From contig DASSOD010000055.1 of the NCBI GenBank assembly GCA_035700905.1, forward strand, positions 1-33,516: DNA of 33,516 bases, given 5' to 3'. The notes under the pieces were generated by a model. It saw only the letters and a program-made list of their open reading frames with translations. It was not told where the DNA came from and did not search any database. The position numbers and the translations under genes are program-made. This document shows positions 26,818 through 33,516 of the stretch, in pieces (positions within the stretch are counted from its first letter, which is position 1; each line of letters begins with the position of its first letter). The stretch is from Gemmatimonadales bacterium (GTDB taxonomy: Bacteria; Gemmatimonadota; Gemmatimonadetes; Gemmatimonadales; GWC2-71-9).

Positions 26818-28139
26818 GCAAGCCCACCGTCGCCATCGTCGGTCGGCCCAACGTCGGCAAGTCCACCCTGTTCAACCGAATCGTCGGAGGGCGGCGGGCG
26901 ATCGTTTCCGAGCGCGCCGGCACCACGCGCGACCGCCACTTCGGCGACGCCGAGTGGAACGGACGGCGCTTCTGGATCGTGGACATGGGCGGGCTCGTGC
27001 CGGATTCCGATGAGCCGATGGACCGCGCGGTGCGCCGCCAGGTCGAGTTCGCTCTGGACGAGGCGGATGTGATCATCTTCCTCGTGGACGGGAAGGAGGG
27101 ACTCACTCCGGTGGACCAGGCGATCGCCGGCCGGCTCCGGAAGGCGCAGCGGCCCGTCGTTCTCGCCGTGAACAAGCTGGACGATCTCGAGCGCGCGACG
27201 GCGCAGTACGAGTTCTATCGCCTCGGGTTCGGCGATCCGCTCGGCGTCTCGGCCGCGGTCGGGAAGGGAAGCGGAGATCTGCTCGACGCCGTGGTGGCGC
27301 GGTTGCCGCCCAAGCAGGCGGGCGAGGACGAGAGCGCAGTCCAGGTCGCGATCGTCGGGAGGCCGAACGTGGGCAAGTCCTCGCTCGCGAACCGGCTCCT
27401 GGGCGAGGAGCGCCACGTCGTCGCGCCCGAGGCTGGCACCACGCGCGATGCCGTGGATTCCCTCTTGCGATTTCGAAGCGCGACGCTCAACTTCATTGAC
27501 ACCGCAGGGTTACGCAAGCGAAGTAAAGTAGAGGATGACCTCGAGTTCTACTCCGCCCTGCGGACCGAGCGGGCCATCGAGCGGGCCGACGTCTGCGTGC
27601 TCGTGGTGGACGCGACGCTCGGCATGCACGCGCAGGACCTCCGCATCGCCACCGAGGCGTGGGAACGCGGGGCCGGCCTGATCATCGTGGTGAACAAGTG
27701 GGACCTGGTCGCGGAGAAGGACGCGAACACCGCGCGCAGGGGTGAGGAGCAGCTCGTCGCTCGCGCGCCGTTCCTGCGATACGTGCCGTTCCTCTACGCG
27801 TCGGCGCTCACCGGCCAGCGGGTGCGCAAGCTGCTCGACCTGATCCTCGAGGTTGCGGAGGAGCGAACCCGGCGCGTGCCGACCGCGGAGGTCAACCGGA
27901 CGCTGGAGGAGCTGACCCAGCGAGCGGCGCCGCCGCAGGCGCCGGGCGAGGAAGTGAAGCTGCTCTACGCTTCACAGATCGGCACCGCGCCGCCCACTTT
28001 CGCCATCGTCACCAACCGGCCCGACGAGGTGCCGGAGTCGTACCGGCGGTACCTCATCCACGGCTTCCGCTCGGCCTGGGGGTTCCTCGGGTCGCCCGTT
28101 CGGCTCAAGCTCACCCGGCGAGGCTCCAAGCGGCGATGA
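26814..28139 (+). CDS. der: Ribosome-associated GTPase Der (EngA), tandem GTPase domains
   Basis: (V)SKPTVAIVGRPNVGKSTLFNR forms G1 of domain 1, and VAIVGRPNVGKSSLANR forms G1 of domain 2. DTAG and NKxD (NKLD, NKWD) motifs are present. The KH-like C-terminus has YASQIGTAPPTF. Confidence 0.95.
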   Translation: MSKPTVAIVGRPNVGKSTLFNRIVGGRRAIVSERAGTTRDRHFGDAEWNGRRFWIVDMGGLVPDSDEPMDRAVRRQVEFALDEADVIIFLVDGKEGLTPVDQAIAGRLRKAQRPVVLAVNKLDDLERATAQYEFYRLGFGDPLGVSAAVGKGSGDLLDAVVARLPPKQAGEDESAVQVAIVGRPNVGKSSLANRLLGEERHVVAPEAGTTRDAVDSLLRFRSATLNFIDTAGLRKRSKVEDDLEFYSALRTERAIERADVCVLVVDATLGMHAQDLRIATEAWERGAGLIIVVNKWDLVAEKDANTARRGEEQLVARAPFLRYVPFLYASALTGQRVRKLLDLILEVAEERTRRVPTAEVNRTLEELTQRAAPPQAPGEEVKLLYASQIGTAPPTFAIVTNRPDEVPESYRRYLIHGFRSAWGFLGSPVRLKLTRRGSKRR

Positions 28140-28753
28140 ACTCCGCGGTCGGTTGGCTCGTGGCGTCGTATCTGATCGGCGCGTTCCCCACCAGTTACGT
28201 CGTGGCGCGCGCGTTCCGCGGCATCGACCTGCGCGAGCACGGGAGCAGAAACCTCGGCGCGACCAACGTGTATCGGGTGCTCGGCTGGCGGTACGCGGTT
28301 CCGGTGGGCCTCGTGGACGCGGCCAAGGGCGCCGCGCCGGTGTGGCTCTTCGGCCCGCTGGCGCCCGGCATCCCGCACTTCGGGCTGCTCTGCGGAATCG
28401 CGGCGGTCGTGGGGCACGTCTTCTCGGTGTTCGTCGGCTTCAAGGGCGGGAAGGGCGTCGCCACCGCGTCGGGCGTGGTGCTCGCGCTCGCGCCCTGGGC
28501 GTTGCTCTCGGTCCTCGTGCTCTGGGCGGTGATCGTCCGGCTCTCGGGATACGTCTCGCTCGGGAGCGTCGTCGCGGCGGCGGTGTTCCCCCTCGCGTCG
28601 TTCCTGCTGCACGGGACGCGGGGCGTCCCGCTCGCCCTCGAGATCGCGCTCGCGCTCTTCATCATCTGGAAGCACCGCGCCAACCTGCAGCGGCTCGCGG
28701 CCGGCACCGAGAACCGGTTCGGACAGCGCGCCGCCGCGCGGGGCTCCTCCTGA
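28136..28753 (+). CDS. plsY: Glycerol-3-phosphate acyltransferase PlsY
   Basis: ATGA overlap with der. YLIGAFPTSYVVAR...GSRNLGATNVYRVLG and GFKGGKGVAT are the PlsY signature motifs. The protein is a ~205-aa polytopic membrane protein. Confidence 0.92.
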   Translation: MNSAVGWLVASYLIGAFPTSYVVARAFRGIDLREHGSRNLGATNVYRVLGWRYAVPVGLVDAAKGAAPVWLFGPLAPGIPHFGLLCGIAAVVGHVFSVFVGFKGGKGVATASGVVLALAPWALLSVLVLWAVIVRLSGYVSLGSVVAAAVFPLASFLLHGTRGVPLALEIALALFIIWKHRANLQRLAAGTENRFGQRAAARGSS

Positions 28754-29748
28754 TGCGGGTCGGGGTGCTCGGGGCCGGCAGCTGGGGCACGACGCTGGCG
28801 GATCTCCTGGCGCGCAAGGGGTACGACGTGCGCATCTGGGCGTACGAGCCCGAGGTGGTCGCGGCGATCAACCAGACGCACCGGAATCCGGTGTTCCTCC
28901 CGGGCGCGGCGCTCGCTCCGTCACTCGCGGCGCGGAGCGACGCTCGCGAGGTGGTGACGGGCGCGGAGGTCGTGGTGTCGGCGGCGCCGAGCCACGCGGT
29001 GCGGGACGTCGTGGGGCGCGTGGCGGGATGCGTCGCGGCCGGGACGCTCGTGGTGAGCGCCACCAAGGGGCTCGAGGTGGATTCGCTCGCGCGGATGACC
29101 ACGGTGGTGGAGCAGCGGCTCCCGGACGCGCGCGTGGCCGCGCTCTCCGGCCCGAGCTTCGCGCAGGAGGTCTTCGAGGGCCGGCCCACCGCGGTCGTGG
29201 CGGCGGCCGCCGACGCGGCGACGGCGCTCGACGCGCAGCAGGTGTTCGCCACGCCCGCGTTCCGGGTGTACTCGCACGACGACGTGATCGGGGTGGAGCT
29301 GGGCGGCGCGCTCAAGAACGTGATCGCCATCGCGGCCGGCATCCTCGAAGGGCTCGAGCTGGGCGACAACGCCCGCGCGGCGCTCCTCACCCGCGGCCTC
29401 GCCGAGATCACCCGGCTCGGCGCCGCGCTGGGGGCCGATCCGCTCACCTTTGCCGGGCTCGCGGGGATGGGCGACCTCATCCTCACGGCCTGCGGCCGGC
29501 TCAGCCGGAATCGCGCCCTCGGGGTCGCGCTGGCCCGGGGCGAGACGTTCGAGGCGTATCGGGCCACCCACAAGACGGTGGCCGAGGGCGCCAACGCCTC
29601 ACGCGCGGCCGCGGCGCTCGGCGCGCGCCTGGGCGTGGAGCTCCCGATCACGGCCCAGGTGTGCGACGTGCTCTTCCAGGGCAAGCCGGTGCGCGACGGC
29701 GTCACCGAGCTCATGGCCCGCGAGCTCAAGCCGGAGCAATGGAGATGA
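28753..29748 (+). CDS. gpsA: NAD(P)H-dependent glycerol-3-phosphate dehydrogenase GpsA
   Basis: TGATG junction with plsY. VGVLGAGSWGTTLA is the Rossmann motif. LSGPSFAQEV, GALKNVIAIAAG, GDLILTC-type (GDLILTACG) and SRNR blocks are present. Confidence 0.94.
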   Translation: MRVGVLGAGSWGTTLADLLARKGYDVRIWAYEPEVVAAINQTHRNPVFLPGAALAPSLAARSDAREVVTGAEVVVSAAPSHAVRDVVGRVAGCVAAGTLVVSATKGLEVDSLARMTTVVEQRLPDARVAALSGPSFAQEVFEGRPTAVVAAAADAATALDAQQVFATPAFRVYSHDDVIGVELGGALKNVIAIAAGILEGLELGDNARAALLTRGLAEITRLGAALGADPLTFAGLAGMGDLILTACGRLSRNRALGVALARGETFEAYRATHKTVAEGANASRAAAALGARLGVELPITAQVCDVLFQGKPVRDGVTELMARELKPEQWR

Positions 29749-30227
29749 CAGCCCGCAGCGAACGTGCAGTGCAGGAGTTCTACTCGATCGGCGAGGTCTG
29801 CATTCTGACCGACCTGAAGCCTCACGTGCTCCGGTACTGGGAGAGCCAGTTCCGCTTTCTCAACCCGGCGAAGAACCGCTCCGGGAACCGGGTCTACAAG
29901 GCGAAGGAGGTCGAGCTCATCATGCTGGTGAAGCACCTCCTCTACACCGAGAAGTACACCATCGAGGGCGCCCGCCACCGGATCGACCAGTACCGCCGCA
30001 CCGGCGAGCTCCGCCCCAGTGCGCGGCAGGCGTTCGAGGCGCAGCTGGTCCAGGAGGCGCGCGAGGAGCTGGAACGGGTGCTCGCGGTGCTGGAGGGGCG
30101 CCCGGTGATCGAGCCCGAGCCCGAACCGGCCGCCGCGCCCGCGGGGGCGGGAGCGGGCGCACGCGGAGGCGCGGCGGCCGGCGGGGGCGGTGACGCCCGG
30201 AGCGCGCGCGGCAAGCGGCGGGGCTAA
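29739..30227 (+). CDS. MerR-family HTH transcriptional regulator with a low-complexity Ala/Gly/Pro tail
   Basis: YSIGEVCILTDLKPHVLRYWESQF..LNPAKNRSGNRVYKAKEVELIMLVKHLLYTEKYTIEGA is a MerR-type winged HTH. The ATG at 29739 (or 29745) overlaps the last codons of gpsA. Confidence 0.8.
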   Translation: MEMTARSERAVQEFYSIGEVCILTDLKPHVLRYWESQFRFLNPAKNRSGNRVYKAKEVELIMLVKHLLYTEKYTIEGARHRIDQYRRTGELRPSARQAFEAQLVQEAREELERVLAVLEGRPVIEPEPEPAAAPAGAGAGARGGAAAGGGGDARSARGKRRG

Positions 30228-30254
30228 CCGCCGCTCCCCCTATTATTCTCCCCG

Positions 30255-31004
30255 ATGCACATCCTCGTCTCCAACGACGACGGGATACTCGCGCCCGGCC
30301 TCGCGCTGCTCGCGGACGCCTGCCGAGCCGTCGGGAGCGTGACCGTGGTCGCGCCCGACCGGGAGCAGAGCGGCACGTCGCACTCGCTCACGCTGCACCG
30401 CCCGCTCCGTCCCGTGCGACGGCCCGACGGCGCCTATCAGGTGGACGGCACCCCCACCGACTGCGTGATGCTCGCGGTCGAGGCACTGATGCCCGAGCGG
30501 CCGGCCTTCGTGTTCTCGGGCGTCAACCACGGCCCGAACATGGGCGAGGACGTGCTGTACTCCGGAACGGTGGCGGCGGCGATGGAGGCGGTCATGCTGA
30601 AGGTGCCGGGCATCGCGATCTCCTTCGCCGGAAATCAGCTCGACACGCTCGCGACCTACGGCGAGCGGCTCGGCGATCTGGTACGGCGGATCACGGCCGC
30701 GCCCCACTATCCGCCCGACACGCTGCTCAACATCAACCTGCCGCGGGTGCCCGCGGACCAGGTGAAGGGCTTCAAGGTGACGAAGCTCGGCAGCCGTTTC
30801 TTCTCCGAGTCGCTCACGCGGATGAAGGACCCGTGGGGGAAGGAGATCTACTGGATCGGCGGGGGCACAATCACCTGGACGGGGGATCGGGACTCGGACC
30901 ATCAGGCGGTGGCCGACGGGTACGTCTCGATCACCCCGCTCCACATGGACCTGACCAACTACTCGCTCTTCGAGACGGTGCGCGGATGGGGGCTCGAGGG
31001 CTAG
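30255..31004 (+). CDS. surE: 5'/3'-nucleotidase SurE
   Basis: MHILVSNDDGILAPGL has the DD metal site. GVNHGPNMGEDVLYSGTVAAAMEA and ISITPLHMDLT blocks are present. Confidence 0.94.
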   Translation: MHILVSNDDGILAPGLALLADACRAVGSVTVVAPDREQSGTSHSLTLHRPLRPVRRPDGAYQVDGTPTDCVMLAVEALMPERPAFVFSGVNHGPNMGEDVLYSGTVAAAMEAVMLKVPGIAISFAGNQLDTLATYGERLGDLVRRITAAPHYPPDTLLNINLPRVPADQVKGFKVTKLGSRFFSESLTRMKDPWGKEIYWIGGGTITWTGDRDSDHQAVADGYVSITPLHMDLTNYSLFETVRGWGLEG

Positions 31005-31651
31005 GCCCGGGCGACAGCTTTGGCGGGTACCGGGCGCAGCTCGTGGACGCGCTGCGCGCCAAGGGAATTCGCGATTTGGCCGTGCTGCGGGCGGTGGGCG
31101 AGGTACCCCGGCACCTCTTCGTGCCGGAGGGCGTGCGCCACCGCGCGTACGACGACGTCGCGCTGCCCATCGGGAATGGCCAGACGATCTCGCAGCCGTT
31201 CGTGCAGGCACGCTACCTGGAGGCGATCGCGTTCACGGGCCACGAGCGGGTGCTGGAGATCGGCGCCGGGTCGGGGTACCAGACGGCGTTGCTCGCGGTG
31301 CTGGCGGAGGCGGTCTTCGCCGTCGAGCGCGTGCCCGCGCTGGCCGAGCGGGCCCGGGCGTCACTCGGGGCGGCGGGAATCCGGAACGTCACGGTGCTGG
31401 TGGGCGACGGAACGCTCGGCTGGCGGCCGTTCGCGCCGTATGACGCCATCCTGGTGGCGGCCGCCTCGCCGGCGGTGCCGCTGCCGCTGGTGGAGCAGCT
31501 CGCGCCGGGCGGCCGGATGGTGATTCCCGTGGGGGATCGCGGCAGCCAGACGCTCACGCTGGTGCACCGCGCCGAGAGCGGCATCACGACGACGACCATC
31601 GGCGACGCCCGCTTCGTTCCACTGCTCGGGCAGTTCGGCTTCGACACCTAA
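30986..31651 (+). CDS. pcm: Protein-L-isoaspartate O-methyltransferase
   Basis: VPRHLFVPE, GQTISQPFV, VLEIGAGSGYQTA (SAM motif I), PYDAILVAAA and GGRMVIPVG blocks are present. The start is ambiguous. ATG 30986 overlaps surE by 19 nt. The first start codon after the surE stop is GTG 31043. Confidence 0.85.
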   Translation: MGARGLGPGDSFGGYRAQLVDALRAKGIRDLAVLRAVGEVPRHLFVPEGVRHRAYDDVALPIGNGQTISQPFVQARYLEAIAFTGHERVLEIGAGSGYQTALLAVLAEAVFAVERVPALAERARASLGAAGIRNVTVLVGDGTLGWRPFAPYDAILVAAASPAVPLPLVEQLAPGGRMVIPVGDRGSQTLTLVHRAESGITTTTIGDARFVPLLGQFGFDT

Positions 31652-31662
31652 CCGGCGACGCG

Positions 31663-32295
31663 ATGCTCACCTCGTTCTTCCACTGGCTCGCGGACACCGT
31701 GCTCGCGCTCGGTTATCCCGGCATCATCATCCTGATGGCGATCGAGTCGTCGGTGCTTCCGCTGCCGAGCGAGCTGGTGATGCCGCCGGCGGGCTATTTG
31801 GCGGCGCAAGGCAAGATGAACGCGGTCGCGGCCGTGCTGTGCGGCACGATCGGCAGCGTGCTGGGGGCGCTCGTCAACTACGCCCTCGCGGTGTACGTCG
31901 GCGAGCCGGTGCTGCGGAAGTACGGGAAGTACGTGCTGGTCTCGGAGCGGTCGCTGGATCGCACCGAGCGGTTCTTCCGCCGCCACGGCGAGATCAGCAC
32001 GCTTCTCGGCCGGCTGCTCCCGGTCATCCGCCACCTGATCTCGATTCCGGCCGGCATGTGCCGGATGAAGCTGGCACGGTTCGTCGGGTTCACCGCGTTG
32101 GGCGCCGGCGTGTGGTGCGGCGTGCTCACCTATCTCGGCTGGCTCATCGGGCAGCACGGAGAGGACGTGGAGCGGGCGATCGGGCCGTACGTGCACCAGA
32201 CGCTGGTGCGGTACATCCTGCCCGCGGCGGCCGTGATCCTGGTGGCGTACGTGATCTGGCGCCGGCGCGCGCCCGGGGCGGAGAAGGCGTCGTGA
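31663..32295 (+). CDS. DedA/SNARE-associated family membrane protein
   Basis: GYPGIIILMAIESSVLPLPSELVMPPAGYLA and RLLPVIRHLISIPAGM are DedA family motifs. The protein has multiple TM helices. Confidence 0.85.
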   Translation: MLTSFFHWLADTVLALGYPGIIILMAIESSVLPLPSELVMPPAGYLAAQGKMNAVAAVLCGTIGSVLGALVNYALAVYVGEPVLRKYGKYVLVSERSLDRTERFFRRHGEISTLLGRLLPVIRHLISIPAGMCRMKLARFVGFTALGAGVWCGVLTYLGWLIGQHGEDVERAIGPYVHQTLVRYILPAAAVILVAYVIWRRRAPGAEKAS

Positions 32296-32564
32296 GAACG
32301 CAGCGGTTCGTGGTTTCCGGGATGGTGCAGGGCGTGGGCTTCCGGTGGTTCGTGCTACGCCGGGCGCAGATGCTGCACCTCCGGGGCTACGCGCGTAACC
32401 TGCCGGACGGCAGCGTGGAGATCGTCGCCTCGGGAACGGCCGAGGCGCTGGCGGAGCTGGCGGACGCGCTGCGGCTGGGTCCGCCCCGCGCCCGGGTCGA
32501 TGCGATCGAGACGACCGAGCTGGCCGACGGCCCCGTGCCCGCCGGCGGCTTCGACATCCGATGA
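32292..32564 (+). CDS. acyP: Acylphosphatase
   Basis: The GTGA overlap start gives (V)RTQRFVVSGMVQGVGFRWF, the V-x-G-x-V-Q-G-V-x-F-R signature. GYARNLPDGSVEIVASG is the second signature. The protein is ~90 aa. Confidence 0.88.
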   Translation: MRTQRFVVSGMVQGVGFRWFVLRRAQMLHLRGYARNLPDGSVEIVASGTAEALAELADALRLGPPRARVDAIETTELADGPVPAGGFDIR

Positions 32565-32596
32565 TGCGCACCCATTCCCCGCAGGGAGGCAAGGCG

Positions 32597-33127
32597 ATGG
32601 CCGACCCACTCACCCGCGACGTGCTGCAAACGCTCCGACCGATTCCCGACTTTCCCAAGCCGGGAATCGTGTTCCAGGACATCACGCCGGTGCTGCAGGA
32701 CGGGAAGCTGTTCCGGCGGGTTGCCGAGGCGATGGCGGCGCCCTTCGCGGACACGGGCGTCACGCACGTGCTCGGTATCGAGGCGCGTGGCTTCATCCTC
32801 GGCGGACCGGTGGCGACGGCGCTCGGGGCGGGGTTCGTGCCGGCGCGCAAGCCGGGCAAGCTGCCGTGGGAAAGCGTGCGGGAGTCGTACGAGCTGGAGT
32901 ACGGCGCCGACGCGCTGGAGGCGCACCGTGACGCGTGGCCCCACGGCGCGCGGGTGCTGGTGGTCGACGACGTACTCGCGACCGGCGGCACGGCGCGCGC
33001 CGCGGGCCAGCTCGCCCGCTCGCTCGGCGCGGAGCTCGCGGGCTGGACGTTCCTGCTCGAGATCGCCGCGCTCGGGGGCCGGGCCAGGCTCGCGGGCGCT
33101 CCGTGCCACGTCCTCACGCCGGTCTAG
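32597..33127 (+). CDS. apt: Adenine phosphoribosyltransferase
   Basis: IPDFPKPGIVFQDITPVL, GIEARGFILG, FVPARKPGKLP and the PRPP motif VLVVDDVLATGGT are present. GGGAGG lies 7 nt upstream of ATG 32597. The alternative ATG 32561 would form an ATGA overlap with acyP but adds a non-conserved 12-aa leader. Confidence 0.92.
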   Translation: MADPLTRDVLQTLRPIPDFPKPGIVFQDITPVLQDGKLFRRVAEAMAAPFADTGVTHVLGIEARGFILGGPVATALGAGFVPARKPGKLPWESVRESYELEYGADALEAHRDAWPHGARVLVVDDVLATGGTARAAGQLARSLGAELAGWTFLLEIAALGGRARLAGAPCHVLTPV

Positions 33128-33407
33128 CCACGGGCGCGCCGCAGGCGGCGCGGCGGGACAGATTGGCCTCTCGTGCTGCGGCGGGTTGCAGGGCTGGCGT
33201 GCGTGAGAGGCCCCGCGTATATAGGGTCACTCCCATCCGAACCGGTTTCATGCACCCCCGCCGGTCTCGAATCCCGAACCATTGCGTTCGCACGGCCGCA
33301 CGCAGGCCGCGGCGGACGACGCCGGCTGCGGATCGGCCGCGGTCCGCACCGCAGACGCGCGGCCGCGCCTTACCGCAACACGCGAGACACAGCTCCGGAG
33401 ACAACGA

Positions 33408-33516
33408 ATGATATCCATGACGCACACCGCGAGACTGACGCTCGCAGCGGCCGCCCTCACCTTCGCAGCGACACCGGCACGGGCCCAGACCAACTTCGAG
33501 GGGGTCGTCACGTTCC
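33408..33516 (+). CDS. 5' end of a secreted protein (signal peptide); the rest lies outside the window
   Basis: GGAG lies 7 nt upstream of the ATG. MISMTHTARLTLAAAALTFAATPARAQTNFEGVVTF has an n-h-c signal peptide with an A-R-A cleavage motif. The frame stays open to the window end. Confidence 0.5.
   Translation, partial: MISMTHTARLTLAAAALTFAATPARAQTNFEGVVTF

Noticed and set aside
25797-28139. A 780-aa ORF apparently fusing sequence upstream of der with der. The same artefact appears in 28153..29748 (upstream of gpsA), 29028..30227 (upstream of the MerR-like gene), 16962..18095, 31839..32564 and 10241..11050.
   Set aside because: The upstream portions are out-of-frame reads of the preceding real genes. 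The conserved protein sequence begins at internal start codons that overlap the preceding stop codons.
32561-32596. Alternative apt start at ATG 32561, forming an ATGA overlap with acyP.
   Set aside because: The added residues, MMRTHSPQGGKA, are not Apt-like. ATG 32597 has a strong GGGAGG SD and gives the usual ~17 residues before the DFPKPGI block. The earlier start remains possible at low probability.
33258-33280. T-arm-like GGTCTCGAATCCCGAACC, considered as a tRNA, tRNA fragment or tmRNA piece.
   Set aside because: I could not build an acceptor, D or anticodon arm around it on either strand. The loop deviates from TTCGAAT. I treated it as part of an unexplained structured leader instead.

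Overview
High-GC (roughly 70%) bacterial chromosomal segment, densely packed and almost entirely co-oriented. I count about 33 protein genes on the + strand, one tRNA-Gly(CCC), and only two genes on the - strand. Gene content points to a diderm with some Firmicute-like modules: BamA/Skp/FabZ/LpxK alongside McsA-McsB-ClpC, BshC and LarC. That mix and the protein style would fit Gemmatimonadota or a similar phylum, but this is inference only. Most of the window is housekeeping: mcsA'-mcsB-clpC | bamA-skp-fabZ-lpxK | gdh-rlmH-MTase-bshC-small membrane protein-murJ | uvrC-fpg/nei-VOC | larC-TPR | phhA-tRNA-Gly | islet | DUF512-der-plsY-gpsA-merR-like | surE-pcm | dedA-acyP-apt | start of a secreted protein. 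Many junctions use 4-nt ATGA/GTGA start/stop overlaps, which suggests translational coupling. The one accessory-looking place is a ~3.3 kb islet at 22.1-25.4 kb, directly 3' of tRNA-Gly and its terminator. It carries a class I methyltransferase, a ~520-aa orphan with an asparagine-synthetase/PP-loop-like core but degenerate motifs, and a PH-like + SHOCT-tail protein. The last two are the only minus-strand genes. This is my best candidate for something undescribed, but I cannot assign a function from sequence alone and a glycan or metabolite-modification role is a sober alternative. I saw no CRISPR array, rRNA, transposase or integrase. The many long Arg/Pro/Gly/Ala-rich ORFs in other frames and on the antisense strand are high-GC shadow ORFs.
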